DNA from: Mobula hypostoma
Taxonomy: Eukaryota
Assembly (NCBI RefSeq): GCF_963921235.1
Contig: NC_086097.1
Location: 242,918,001-242,982,000, forward strand
Direction: 5' to 3'
Length of the DNA stretch: 64,000 bases
Shown: positions 39,435-53,458 of the stretch, one piece after another
Position numbering within the stretch: position 1 is the stretch's first letter
Layout of the letters: each line of letters starts with the position of its first letter
Program-made: the position numbers and the translations under genes
Notes under the pieces: generated by a model
What the model was told of the DNA's origin: nothing
Database searches by the model: none
The model's input: only the letters and a program-made list of their open reading frames with translations

Positions 39435-40130
39435 AAGACCATAAGATATAGGAGCAGAAGTAGGCTATTCGGCCCATCGAGTCTGCTCCGCCATTCAATC
39501 ACGGGCTGTTCCAATTCTTCCAATCTTCCTCACTCCCCTGCTTTCACCCCATATCCTTTGACGCCCTGGCTAATCAAGAACCTATCTATCTCTGCCTTAA
39601 ATACACCCAATGACTTGGCCTCCACAGATGCTCGTGCAACAAATTCCACAGATTTACCACCCTCTGACTAAAGTCATTTCTCCATATCTCAGTTCTAAAA
39701 GGACGTCCTTCAATCCTGAAGTCGTGCCCTCTTGTCCTAGAATCCCCTACCATGGGAAATAACTTTGCCATATCTAATCTGTTCAGGCCTTTTAACATTT
39801 GGAATGTTTCTATGAGATATCCCCCCCATTCTCCTGAACTCCAGGGAATACAGCTCAAGAGCTGCCAGACGTTCCTCATAGGGTAACCCTTTCGTTCCTG
39901 GAATCATTCTCATGAATCTTCTCTGAACCCTCTCCAATGTCAGTATATCCTTTCTAAAATAAGGAGCCCAAAATTGCACACAATACTCCAAGTGTGGTCT
40001 CATGAGTGCCTTACAGAGCCTCAACATCACATCCCTGCTCTTATATTCTCTACTTCTAGAAATGAATGCCAACATTGCATTCACCTTCTTCATAACCTGG
40101 AGGTTAACCTTGCACAAGGCCTCCCAAGTC
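39435..40130 (-). mobile_element. CR1 3' fragment
   Basis: RPHLEYCVQFWAPYFRKD; cttatggtc tail. Confidence 0.85.
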
Positions 40131-40569
40131 TCTTTGGTGACAATCTTCATTTGAGATCTTTGCCTCTTCCATTACCTCCTGCTGGTGAGTGTCAGATCAG
40201 TGATCCCTAGTGCATTTAGCCAAAATGTCAGTAAGTTGGCTGAATACCAATATCATTAAAGATTTATCTACATTGAAAAATCTTTATTTAGAGTTCTGTA
40301 TTTAAAGGTTTAAATACATGCACAACATTAAACCCTTTTATTTTGAAATACCCTCATGCATGATGTATTTTTGAGAGCCAGGTATTTAGCGAAGGAGTAA
40401 TTATGGTTTAGCAGAGTATTAAAACCTGAGACCACCTGGAAATAAGCACAAGATTTGCCGAAGAATTTCATAGCAGGATGAATTTGCATAAAGTGAAAAT
40501 CAATTCAAGCTATTGCAGTTTGGTCTATTAAATACTTAATTTAAAATAAGAAGTGCAAACAAAAATTTT

Positions 40570-42745
40570 AAGAAAGTAGTGAGATGGTGTTCATGGGTTC
40601 AACTTCCATTTAGAAATCGGATGGTGGAGGGGAAGAAGCTGTTCCTGTATCGCTGAGTGTGTGCCTTCAGGCTTCTGTATCTCCTTCCCGATGGTAACAA
40701 CGAGAAAAGGGCATGTCCTGGGTGATGGGAGTCCTTAATAACGGATGCCACCTTTCCGAGGCACCGCTCCCTGAAGATGTCTTGGCGACTACGGAGGCTA
40801 GTACCCAAGATGGAGCTGACTAATTTTACACGTTTCTAGAACTTACTTCAATCTTGTGCAGTAGCCCACCCCCAATACCAGATTGGTGATACAGCCAGTC
40901 AGAAAGTTCTCCACAGTACATTTGTAGAAGTTTTTGAGGGTTTTAATTAAGAAACCGAATCTCCTCAAACCCCTAATGAAATGTAGCCACTGTCTTGCCT
41001 CCTTTATAGCTGTAACAATATATTGCGCCCAGGTCAAGTTCACCGATGACAAGACGGTGGTGGGGCTCATCACCAACAATAATGAGGTGACTTACAGGGA
41101 GGAGGTGAAAGAGCTCGAGGCTTGGTGCCAAGCAAGAAACCATTTCCGTAATGTCAATAAGACAAAGGAGATGGTTATTGACTTCAGCACACCACTCACA
41201 GCCCCCTATACATTGGCACCATAGTAGTGGAATCTGCACGCAGTTTTAAACACCTGGGAGTGTACGTCTTGCACAACCTCTCATGGTCTCAGAACATATC
41301 GTCCAGTCAGGAAAGCTCACCAACACTTGTACTTTCCGAGAAGGCTGAAGAGAGGTGGTCTACGTACGTCAGTAGCCGTGGCCTTGCTTACACAGGTGAG
41401 GGCATCCTGCTGCATCACTGCGTGGTACGGAAACTGCACCGCAGTGGACAGAAGGGCTCCATCACAGGTAGCTAAAGCTGCCCAATGCATCACTGGCACC
41501 AGCCCACCCACATTCAAGGGCACCTATACAGAGAGCTGCTGTAGCATCATAAATGATCCAACCCACCCTGCTCATGGACTGTTTGACCCACTCCAATCAG
41601 GGAAAAGGGTACACAGTATCAACACCAGGGCCAGTAGACTCAAAAACAGTTACTTCTCACAAGCCATAAGGCTGATTAACACCTCCAACCATTTACCCAC
41701 CCCTCTACACCCCCCACCACCACTGCATCCACATCAGCCACTCCTCTCCACAGCCCCTCAGCCTCCTTCATCCACCCATGCACTCCACATCTCATACACA
41801 CTCACTGTCCTACTGTGTTTTCATAAGGCCTGCTGCCATCTAGAAGAGTTACAAAATACACGTGGACTAAGATGTTAACTGTCCTGTGCTATCACAAGTG
41901 GGATCATCAGTTGATCTGCCACCTGTCTTCAGGAGTTTCGGCCCGCTTATGATCAAGACTCCCTCGAGGTGGTGGGCCAGCAGTGCTAAAGCACCACCTC
42001 CCACTGGTGTGCTTAAAAGTTCCTCTTATCAAGAGTTACTTTGTCATTTCATCAATTTCTGTCACTTTATATAATACAATCAGTCTATGTATACAAGATA
42101 ATTTTATGTATGTTTGAATTGAATTGACTTTATTTCTTACATCCTTCACATACATGAGGAGTAAAAATCTTTATGTTACGTCTCCATCTAAATGTGCTAT
42201 GTGCAGTCATAGTAATTTATAACTAATAGGACAGTCAATGTAACATAGAAATACACTCAAATCAGCGTGAGTTAATCAGTCTGTTGGCCTGGTGGAAGAT
42301 GCTGTCCAGGAGCCTGTTGGTCCTGGCTTTTATGCTGCGGTACCGCTTCCCAGATGGTAGCAGCTGAACTAGATTGTGGTTGGGGTGACTCGGTCTGCAA
42401 TGATCCTTTGAGCCTTTTTCTCACTCCTGTCTTTGTAAACGTCCTGAATCATGGGAAGTTCACAACTACAGATGCACCACTCTCTGCAGAATCCTACGAT
42501 TAAGGGAAGTACAGTTCCCATACCAAGCAGTGATACAGCCAGTCAGGATGCTCTCAATTGTGCCCCTGTAGAAAGTTGTTAGGATTTGGGGGCCCATACC
42601 AAACTTCCTTAAACGTCTGAGGAGAAAGAGGCGCTGTTGTGCCTTTTTCACAGCACAGGTGGTGTGTACAGACCACGCGAGGTCCTCGGTGATGTGGATG
42701 CCGAGGAACTTGAAGCTGTTATCCTCTCAACCCCAGATCCATTGA
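40570..42745. mobile_element. Cluster of Rex1/Babar fragments in both orientations
   Basis: KFTDDKTVVGLI...NVNKTKEMVIDF, CITAWYGNC and SFFPSTIRFLN motifs. Confidence 0.75.
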
Positions 42746-44268
42746 TGTAAGATGTAAGATGGCTACGCTCAAACAGTTACTTGTACACTGTGTTTTACAG
42801 GATTGCAATTATATTTATATTTATTGTGGTTTTATGCTTATTGTGGTTTTTACTGTGGCATTAAATCCAGAGTAACTATCATTTTGTTCTCCTTTATGGT
42901 TGTGTACCAATGAATGACAATAAACCATCTTGAACCTTAACCTGTCAAGGGAAAGTTGAAATGAAAATATAGATAGTGGAACTCAATACCTTGTCAATTT
43001 TTTGAATGATAGAATAATTACTACACTGCTATTATGCAGAATTTTAAAACAACATGGAGCTCAGGTCTCTAGTGGAATTAGGTACAGCATTTTTCATTTT
43101 GAGAAATTGTTGAAAGGGAAACCTTTGCCCAGAAAGTGAATTATGTGAAGTTGTTTCTTTACAGTGTTAAACAATCCAAATATTGATTTTACCCTTAGTA
43201 CATGATGTGAGAATTCATTTGTGTAAAATCGCACCAGTTGAGATTCATTTTCTTATATCCCCTTCAGTGACTATTGACACCTATATTCATTACAACTACA
43301 GTACTCGACCTTCTACCCCACCGTTATGAGTTCCCCAGTAAGATAAAGATGGAATACGTCCCCTCCACTTACTTTATGGTCATTTGCCTGCACTGCACTC
43401 TCTCTGCAGCTGTGATAGGGAGTGTCAGAAGATTCTCAGTTGGAGCAAATCCTGGACAATCGAAATGTGATAAAGGGATGCCTCATTCCGTAATGCCTCA
43501 TCTACATCTCCAACACAGAAAGCATCCTCACACCAGTCATCACTGTCCGGTTTGGCGCAGCATCCTCTCACAGTGTACAAACACTGCAGTGACTGTCAGG
43601 TCAACAGAAAAGGTCATTGGCTGCAGCCTCCCATCACTGCAGGACACAGAAGTGTATAGGACACAGAAGCGGACAGAATTCGAACACCCAGCGAGTTGCT
43701 TTTTCCAGAAGCTCCCTTAAAACAAAAACTTCACACCATCTTAAAAGTCTTTTCCTCCAAACAATTAATCTTATCAACTATTCTAATTGCACCCCCCCGT
43801 GCACACCTCCCTCTATGTACTACCTCAGTCACAGCACTGCATTGTAAACACCTTAAACCACTTTTTATAATGCTGATTACATTGTTAATACATGCTGGTA
43901 TTATTAACGTATTTATGCACTTTATATTCCATATCTGTACTTTTACCTCTAACTTTATATTTTATATAATTCTCTAGAGTTGTTGAATGTTGTTTTTTTT
44001 GTTGCAAGTTACACCTGACCAATGCACCAGAACAAGTTCCAGGGTAATGCACACAAAACGCTGGAGGAACGCAGCAGGCCAGGCAGCTTTTCTAGAAAAC
44101 AGTGAACAGTCGACCTTTCGGGTCGAGACCCGAAAGAGCAAATTCCTAATACTTGGAGATGCATATGGTGAATAAAGCTGACCCTTGATCGTCAGATGAC
44201 TGGAAAGGAGGAATGGATGACAGAAAATCGTGGGAAGTGTAAGTATCTTCAAAACATGTGGTACCTTA

Positions 44269-44553
<285 letters not shown>

Positions 44554-45450
44554 TCAAAATTTACACAAAGCAGTGCTTTATGGATCTGATCATCTCCTTA
44601 AACAACTGTTAATGAATACAAGTGGAGAACTAACTCACTATATAACAGCCAACAGAATAAACCCGCGTGAAAATTTCAATAAAAATATAAATCTCCACAT
44701 GCCAATAATTAGTCAGTATAAAGCAACTGAATAAATATACTTAGATCTTCTTTGAAGAAATACCAAGCAGGGTGGACAAAGGAGAATCGCTTGATGTATA
44801 CTTGGATTTTCAGAAGGCCTTTGACAAGGAGACTGTTTAACAAGCTACGAGCCCGTGGCATTACAGGAAAGATTCTGGCATGATAAAAGCAGAGGCTGAT
44901 TGGCAGGAGGCAAAGAGTGGGAATAAAGGGAGCCTTTTCTGGTTGGCTGCTGGCGACAAGTCGTGTTCCACAGGGGTCTATGTTGGGACTGATCCTTTTT
45001 ACACTACATGTCAATGATTTGGATGATGGAATTGATGGAATTGATGGCTTTGTTGCAAAGTTTGCAGACAATATGAAGATAGGTGGAGGGGCATTTACTT
45101 TTGAGGAGGTAGAGAAGGACTGAGATGGATAGGGAGAATGGGCAACGAAATGGTAGGTGGAATACAGTGTTGGGAAGTGTATGGTCAAGCACTTTGGTAG
45201 AAAAAATGAAAGAAAATGACTATTTTCTAAATGGAGAAAAATTACAAAAAACAGAGGTTCAAAGGGACTTGGGGATCCTTGTGTAGGATTTCCTGAAGGT
45301 TAATTTGTAGGTTGAGTCTGTGGTGAGGAAGGTGCTGTTAGCATTCATTTCAAGAGCACAAGATTATAAAAGCAAGGATGTAATGTTGAAACTTTATAAA
45401 GCACTGGTGAGGTCCCACTTTGGATATTGTGAGTAGTTTTGGGCTCTTTA

Positions 45451-48400
45451 AGCCCTTTAAGCGCCAACTCTTTTTTTCTTACCGCCCCCCCCCACCCCTT
45501 TCGCGAATCGGCCCGGACAGACAGGAACAGCATGGCTCTCACAGCTAACGGTACGAGCTAACGGTTTAAAAAGTTCGTCTGTTTGGCGAGATAAGTGGGT
45601 GAGTAGACTTATTTTTCCTGTTTCATTCCTGTAGAATTAGGTAGCATGCCTGCAGGGTTAGTGCTTTGTTCAGGGTGCCAGATGTGGGAATCCTGGGAGA
45701 CCTCCAGCCTCCCTAATGGCCACATCTGCGCCAGGTGCACCGAGATGCAGCTCCTCAGAGACCGTGTTAGGGATCTGGAGCTGCAGCTTGATGACCTACT
45801 GCTTATCAGGGAAAGTGAAGAGGTGATAGACAGGAGCTACAGGGAGGTACTCATCCCTAGGCTACAAGGGTCAGAACACTGGGTCACTGTCAAGAGAGGG
45901 AAGGGAAATGCCTGGATAGTGGAGAGCAGACCTGTGGCTGTCCCCCTCAGCAACAAATATCTTGTTCTGGATGCTGTTGAGAGGGATGACCTGACGGGGG
46001 ACGCCCATGGTGACCGGGTCTCTGGCACTGAGCCTGGCGCTGTTGTGCAGGAGAGAAGGAGGGAGAAGAGAAATGCGGTAGTCATAGGGGATTCCATAGT
46101 CAGGGGAACAGACAGGAGATTCTGTGAGCCTGACAGAGATACCCGCATGGTGTGTTGCCTCCCAGGTGCCAGGGTACGGGATGTCTCGGATCGGGTCCTG
46201 AATATTCTAAAGGGGGAGGGTGAGCAGCCAGTTGTCTTGGTACATGTTGGTACCAATGACATAGATAGGACAAAGGAGGAGGTCCTGAAGAGAGATTTCC
46301 AGGAGTTAAGAAGGAAGCTGAGAAGCAGGACCTCCAGGGTAGTAATCTCGGGATTGCTACCTGTGCCACGTGCTAGCGAGGGCAAGAATAGTAGGACCAG
46401 GCAGATGAATGCATGGCTGAGAGACTGGCGTAGGGGGCAGGGCTTCAGATTCTTGGATAATAGGGATCTCTTCTGGGGGAAGTATGACCTGTTCAAAAAG
46501 GACAGGTTACACCTGAACCCGAAGGGGACCAATATCCTGGCAGGAAAGTTTAATAGAGCTGTTACAGTGGATTTAAACTAATTTGGCAGGGGGGTGGGAA
46601 CCGGAATGATAGAGCGGAGGAAGGGGAAAACAGAAATAAATCTAAGATAGTGAGCAGTAAAGATGTCAGGAAAGACAGGCAGGTGATGGGGCAAATTTGT
46701 AGCCATTGGGATGAGTTGCAGTGCAATAAAGTTGCAGTGAAATCAAAGCAAAAAGTATCAAACACTGGTCTTAAGGTATTATACTTAAATGCACGCAGCA
46801 TAAGGAATAAGGTGGATGATCTTGTTGTACAGCTACAGATTGGCAGGTATGATATTGTGGCCATCACTGAGACCTGGCTAAAGGATGCATGTCTCTGGGA
46901 GCTGAACGTCCAAGGATACACGGTGTATCGGAAGGATAGGAAGGTAGGCAGAGGGGGAGGCGTGGCTTTATTGGTAAGAAATGATATTAAATCATTAGAA
47001 AGAGGTGATATAGGATCGGAAGGTGCAGAATCTTTATGGGTTGAGCTAAGAAATAGCAGGGGTAAAAGGACCCTGATGGCAGTTATTTATAGGCCTCCAA
47101 ACAGCTGCAGGGATGTGGACTACAAATTACAACTGGAAATAGAAAAGGCTTGTCAGAAGGGCAGTGTTATGATAATTGTGGGGGATTTTAACATGCGAGT
47201 AGATTGGGAAAATCAGGTCAGCACTGGATCTCAAGAGAGAGAATTTGTAGAATGTCTGCAAGATGGCTTTTTAGAACAGCTTGTTGTTGAGCCCAATAGG
47301 GGATCGGCTGTACTGGATTGGGTATTGTGTAATGAACCGGAGGTGATTAGAGAGATTGAGGTGAAGGAACCCTTAGGAGACAGTGATCATAACATGATTG
47401 AGTTCACTGTGAAACTGGAAAAAGAGAAGCCGAAATCTGATGTGTCGGTAGTTCAGTGGAGTAAAGGAAATTACAGTGGCATGAGAGAGGAACTGGCCAA
47501 AGTTGACTGGAAAGGGACACTGGCGGGAAAGACAGCAGAGCAGCAGTGGCTGGAGTTTATGCGAGAAGTGAGGAATGTGCAAGACAGGTATATTCCAAAA
47601 AAGAAGAAATTTTCGAGTGGAAAAAGGATGCAATCGTGGATGACAAGAGAAGTCAAAGCCAAAGTTAAAGCAAAGGAGAGGGCATACAAGGAAGCAAAAA
47701 TTAGTGGGAAGACAGAGGACTGGGAAGTTTTTAAAACCTTACAAAAGGAAATCAAGAAGGTCATTAAGACAGAAAGGATTAACTATGAAAGGAAGCTATA
47801 TTTTGAGGAAATTACCAGTAGGCTAGACAAGGGGAGATGCAGTGGATGTGGTATATTTGGATTTTCAGAAGACCTTTGACAAGGTGCCACACATGAGGCT
47901 ACTTAACAAGATAAGAGCCCATGGAATTACGGGAAAGTTACATACGTGGATAGAGCGTTGGCTGATTGGCAGGAAACAGAGAGTGGGAATAAAGGGATCC
48001 TATTCTGGTTGGCTGTCGGTTACCAGCGGTGTTCGACAGGGATCAGTGTTGAGGCCACTTCTTTTTACATTGTGCATCAACGATTTGGATTATGGAATAG
48101 ATGGCTTTGTGGCTAAGTTTGCTGACGATACGAAGATAGGTGGAGGGGCCGTTAGTGCTGAGGAAACGGAGAGTCTGCAGAGAGACTTGGTTAGATTGGA
48201 AGAATGGACAGAGAAGTGGCAAATGAAGTACAATGTTGGAAAGTGTATGGTTATGCACTTTGGCAGAAAAAATAAACGGGCAGACTATTATTTAAATGGG
48301 GAAAGAATTCAAAGTTCTGAGATGCAACGGGACTTGGGAGTCCTCATACAGGATACTCATAAAGTTAACCTCCAGGTTGAGTCAGTAGTGAAGAAGGCAA

Positions 48401-49060
48401 ATGCAATGTTGGCATTCATTTCTAGAGGAATAGAGTATAGGAACAGGGATGTGATGTTGAGGCTCTCTATAAGGCGCTGGTGAGACCTCACTTGGAGTAC
48501 TGTGGGCAGTTTTGGTCTCCTTATTTAAGAAAGGATGTGCTGACGTTGGAGAGGGTACAGAGAAGATTCACTAGAATGATTCCGGGAATGAGAGGGTTAA
48601 CATATGAGGAACGTTTGTCCGCTCTTGGACTGTATTCCTTGGAGTTTAGAAGAATGAGGGGAGACCTCATAGAAACATTTTGAATGTTAAAAGGCATGGA
48701 CAGAGTGGATGTGGCAAAGTTGTCTCCCATGATGGGGGAGTCTAGTACGAGAGGGAATGACTTAAGGATTGAAGGGCGCCCATTCAGAACAGAAATGCGA
48801 AGAAATTATTTTAGTCAGAGGGTGGTGAATCTATGGAATTTGTTGCCACGGGCAGCAGTGGAGGCCAAGTCATTGGGTGTATTTAAGGCAGAGATTGATA
48901 TGTATCTGAGTAGCCAGGGCATCAAAGGTTATGGTGAGAAGGCAGGGAAGTGGGACTAAATAGGAGAAAATGGATCAGCTCATGATAAAATGGCAGAGCA
49001 GACTCGATGGGCCGAAAGGCCTACTTCTGCTCCTTTGTCTTATGGTCTTATGGTCTATGG
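45451..49060 (+). mobile_element. Near-full-length CR1 LINE (5' UTR, ORF1, APE-RT ORF2 with deletion and frameshifts, tail)
   Basis: APE motifs YLNARSI, ITETWL, GDFN, SDHN; RT motifs YLDFQK and KFADDTK; (tatggtc)n tail; tcttta on both flanks. Confidence 0.95.
45646..46581 (+). CDS. CR1 ORF1p: CxxC zinc finger, leucine zipper and SGNH esterase domain, uninterrupted 311 aa
   Basis: CSGC...CARC, LLRDRVRDLELQLDDL, IGDSIVR, CLPGA, HVGTND, DRLH. Confidence 0.9.
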   Translation: MPAGLVLCSGCQMWESWETSSLPNGHICARCTEMQLLRDRVRDLELQLDDLLLIRESEEVIDRSYREVLIPRLQGSEHWVTVKRGKGNAWIVESRPVAVPLSNKYLVLDAVERDDLTGDAHGDRVSGTEPGAVVQERRREKRNAVVIGDSIVRGTDRRFCEPDRDTRMVCCLPGARVRDVSDRVLNILKGEGEQPVVLVHVGTNDIDRTKEEVLKRDFQELRRKLRSRTSRVVISGLLPVPRASEGKNSRTRQMNAWLRDWRRGQGFRFLDNRDLFWGKYDLFKKDRLHLNPKGTNILAGKFNRAVTVDLN

Positions 49061-50419
49061 TCTTTATCTTAGAAAGGATGTGCTGAAAATGGAGAGGGCT
49101 CAAAGGAGATTCACGAAAATAATTCCAGGATTGAATCGCTTGTCATATGAAGAGCGTCTGATGGTTCTGGGCCTGAATTCACTAGAATTCAGAAGAATGC
49201 AGGCTGACCTCATTGAAACCTATTGAATGTTCAAAGGCTTCGACAGAGTGAATATGGAGAGGATATTTCCTATGGTGGGAGAGTCTAAGACCAGAGGACA
49301 CAGCCTCAGAGTAAAGGGGCGTCCTTTTAGAACAGAGATAAGGAAGAATATCTTTAGACAGAGAATGGTGAATCTGAGGAATTCATTGCCACAGGCAGTT
49401 CTGGAGGTCAAGTCTTTATGTATATTTAAGGCAGGGGCTGATAGATTCTTGATTGGTCGGGGCATGAAGGAATACAGGGAGAAGGCAGGAGATTAGAGCT
49501 GAAAGGGAAAATGGATCAGCCATGATGAAATGGGGGAGCAGACTTGATGGGCCAAATGGCCTAATTCTGCTCCTATACCTGATGGTCTTACAGTTCAAAT
49601 CATTCCAATTCCTCAAATAATATACAGGGATAATGTCTACTTACGTCTAATAATCAGAATCAGGTTTAATATCACCAGTTTATGTCATGAAAATTGTTGT
49701 TTTTTGTGGCAGCAGTACATTGCAATACATAATAATAAAAACTGTGAATTGCAGCAAATTTCCCCTCTTCCCATCTCCATCTATGCACCCCCCCCCCATG
49801 GGGTCAACGTCAATTCAGAAATCCGATGGCAGAGGGGAAGAAGCTATTCCTAAAATGTTGAGTGTGTGTCTTCAGACTCCTGTACCACCTCCTTGATGGC
49901 AGCAACGAGAATAAAGCATGCCCTGGGCATTGGGAGTCGTTAATAATGGACACTGCCTTTCTGAGGTATCGCTCCCTGGAGATGATACAAAGATAGGTGG
50001 AGGAGCGGGTAGTGTTGAGGAAACACATTGAAACCTATTGAATATTGAAAGGCCAAGGTGGAGTCGATGTGGAGAGGATATTTCCTATATTGGAGACATC
50101 TAGGACATACAAGGATTCCTTCAGTTCAGAGATGAGGAGGAAATTATTTAGCCAGAGGGCAGTGAATCAGTAGAATTCATTGCCATAGATAGCTGGGAGT
50201 GATTGAGTATATTTAAGGTGGAGGGCAATTGGTTCTAGATTAGTCAGGGTGTTAAAGGTTACAGGGAAAGGCAGAAGAAAGGGGTTGAGAAGGATAATAA
50301 ATCAGCTATGATGGAATGGTGGAGCAGACACGAAGTGTCGAAAGGCCTAATTCTGCTCCTCTGTTTTATAGTCTATGGTCTTATCTTGGAACTGGAAAAA
50401 ACTTATCTTCCAATTATTA

Positions 50420-51430
50420 GATGTCCAGGGTGATGCAAGATATCAAACTCATTTGGCAAGAAAGTCAGCTTCATGGCTATCCCTTGAATTTGGGGAAAAT
50501 GAGAGAAGCTGAAGGAAAACTTGAAGGTGAAAACCAGTTCTGTCAGGCAGAGTACTGTGGTGGTGGAGGAGAACTTGTTGGTTCCTCATTGAAAAAGAAG
50601 AAGAGAACTTTAAGGCCTTCTTGGTGGGGGATAGAAGTGTATAGGGACTGGACATTCACTTTGAAAATGAGACAGTCGTGGCCAGGGAACTGAAAGTTAC
50701 TGAGGAGAATGGGAGAATGAGAAATGTCCCCAGAGGCAGATGGGAAGGTTCTGAACCAAGGGAGTCAAGGTTTGAGGACACAAGTTCAGTGGGGCAGGAG
50801 CAGGCAGAGACAATAGGCCTATCTGGACAGTTTGGCTTGCGGATCTTGGGCAGGAAGTAGAAGTGGGCAGAGCGGGGTAAGTGAACTCCCGAGCCTGGTG
50901 ACAGTGGAAGTTCTCCAGTGTTGATGAGGTCAGTGGTGTCAGAGACCGGCTTCTTGATTGTCCAGAGGGAGGTCCTCTTCAAGGGGTAGGTATGAGGAGG
51001 TGTCTGAGAGTTGTCGCCTGCCTTAGCAAGGTAGAAGTCAGAGCGCTATACTACAACAGCACCCTCTTTGTCTGCGGGTTTGGGGGTAAGGTTGGGATTG
51101 GTGCAGCGTGTGTGAAAGGCAGTGCATTCAGAGGGGGTAAGATTTGAAGAGTGCTGAATTTGAGACGGTGGACGTCTCGTCGGCCGTTCGAGATGAAAAG
51201 ATCCAGAGCAGGCAGTGAACCAGAGCGGGGCTTCCAAGAACAGGAGGAGGATTGGAGATGGGAGAAGGGGTCATCAGTGCAGGATGTGGAATTCCTGCCA
51301 AAGTTGTGGGATTGGAGACAGAGGTGACGGAAGAAGAGATCAGCATTGTGGCAGACGTGGAACTGACTGACGTGCGTGCGGAGGGGGACAAAGGTAAGGC
51401 CTTTGCTGAGGACAGAACATTTTGCCTCAG
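50420..51430 (-). mobile_element. Penelope-like element N-terminal and RT remnant
   Basis: LSKGLTFVP, KPADKEGAVVV, FYFLPKIRKPNCPDRPIVS. Confidence 0.85.
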
Positions 51431-51974
51431 AGAGTGGAACTAACAATAATTGTTCTTTCCACAAACCAATGGCAAAGTTAAGTATCCAAAAGGATTCTCT
51501 CCGTGCCCTTCATTACCTCATTGGGTTAATCCAGAAGTTATGTAGAGAGAGAATTTTATTTTACGATAAAGATATTAGAGAATATAAATTCACAGGAAGT
51601 TATTAGCACACATGCAGCTGTTCAAATTATGCATGCAATGTTAATAATATTAATCTCCTCATTATGTTTAATATTCATTTAAACTGCCTTCACAAAGACT
51701 CACAAATTGGAGTCATTTGTTCACATTGTAAAAAGTGCATATAAGATTTAATTTTTTTTCAGAAGCATTAACGTTCATTCATTATAGTATTTTGCATTTT
51801 ACAGAGATATCATACTTCAGTAAAAATGGTAAAATACATTGGTACAAACAGATAAGAAAAACAATTTAACAGAATATTCGTTTTAGATTTGATAGATGTC
51901 TCATAAACAAAAGTTGCAGTTGTATAAGACATTGGTGAGATCTAGGTTGGAGTACTGTGTGCAGTTTTGGTCAT

Positions 51975-52638
51975 CTCCTCGGAGGGAGGAGAAGATGGCA
52001 GCGCAACGCAGTGCGCGCGGCCGTTCCGAATGAATATCGATTATGTGTAACTAGGGGCTGTGCACAATCCGGATTTGATGGAGACAGCCGTGAGAGGCGC
52101 AGAGGAACATCTGGAGCAACTTCTGAAATGCCTGCTTCACTGCCGCTGCTACTGTGCGATCGAGAATCTCCGGAGACGAAGGCCCCAAATCCTCGGCTTT
52201 GGGTATCGCCTGTTGCTGGGGCCGGGGTCGAAGCACTCGGCGGAGATGGTGCTCGGTGCTCGATGTCAAAGAGCTGGTCGGAGGCTCGGAGTTTTCGGAC
52301 GGACTCGGAGTCAGACTGTGGTCGGATGCTTCCAGGATGCTGCATCGGCAAGTTGGTGGCGCTGGAGGTTCACCGTCTGTGTGAGATGATGGGACTTTCG
52401 AGAGATTTTGAGACTTTTACTGTGCCATGGTCTGTTCTTATCAAATTACGGTATTGCTTTGCACTGTTGTAACTATATGTTATAATTATGTGGTTTTTGT
52501 TAGTTTTTAAGTCGATTTGTCTTATGTTTTTCGTGATATCATTCTGGAAAATCATTGTATCATTTCTTAATGCATGCATTACTAAATGACAATAAAAGGA
52601 GACTGCGTGTCCTCATAATTATAATCATAAATCATAAA
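51975..52638 (+). mobile_element. CpG-rich non-tRNA short retroposon inserted in CR1
   Basis: 5' ggagaagatggcagcg head, aataaa and (atcataa)n tail. The host CR1 (gcagttttggtca...tatctacaggaaag) continues on both sides. Confidence 0.65.
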
Positions 52639-52669
52639 TATCTACAGGAAAGATGTAAATAAGATTGAA

Positions 52670-53458
52670 GGAGAGAGGGAAACCAGAGGTCCATGAGCCA
52701 GTAATCACTGGCGGATCAGAGGTGGACAGGGTTAGAAACTTAAAATTCCTGTGTGTTCCTATTTCAGAGGACCCGTTCTAGACCCATCATATAATTGCAA
52801 AGAAAGCACAACAGTGCCTCTACTTCCTCAGGAGCCTGCAGAGAATTGGCATGTTATCAAGGACCTTGGCAAATTTCTATAGATGTGTGGTTTAAGTGTG
52901 CTGACTGGCTGCATTGTGGCCTGTTATGGGAACACCAATCCCTTTGAGTGGAAAATCCTACAAAAGGTCGTGGATTTGGCCCAGTACATCACAGATAAAA
53001 CCCTCCCAACCGCTGAACGCATCTACATGAAATATTGCCGTTAGAAAAGCAGCATCCATCATCAAAGATCATCCCCACCCAGGCCGTGCTCTTTTCTCGC
53101 TGCAGCCGTCAGGTAGAAGGCACAGAAGCCTCAGGATTCACACCGCCAGGTTCAAGAACAGTTACTCCTCAGCCAACAGACTCTTGAACGAAAGGGGCCC
53201 CCCTCCCCCCTGCCCTCCTCTCCTTCACCATTCCCATTTCCCTCTCACTTTAAGGACTCTGTCTTGTTATTTCATGCTTGTTATTTATTGCTATTTATTT
53301 ATATCTGCATTTGCACAATTTGTTGTGCCATAGATTCTGTTTACAATTACAGTTCTATAGATTTGCCAAGCATGCTCGTGGAAAAAGACTCTCAAGGTTG
53401 TATGTGGTGACATGAATGTACTCTGATAATAAACTTTACTTCAAGCTTTGAACTTTTG
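52670..53458 (+). mobile_element. Rex1/Babar fragment nested in a CR1 (~51880-53935)
   Basis: FKFL, LTGCI.A.YGN and SGRR motifs; ctttgaa tail. CR1 resumes at agagtacagag. Confidence 0.75.

Larger units (their letters stand above)
44740..49590 (+). mobile_element. Older CR1 fragment split by a younger near-full-length CR1
   Basis: The RT sequence breaks at ...ttttgggctcttta (45450) and resumes tctttatcttagaaaggatg (49061). Confidence 0.75.

Noticed and set aside
44116..44137. Perfect hairpin ctttcgggtc-ga-gacccgaaag
   Set aside because: Truncation junction of a Penelope repeat; it lacks the CUGANGA box, so it is not a ribozyme.
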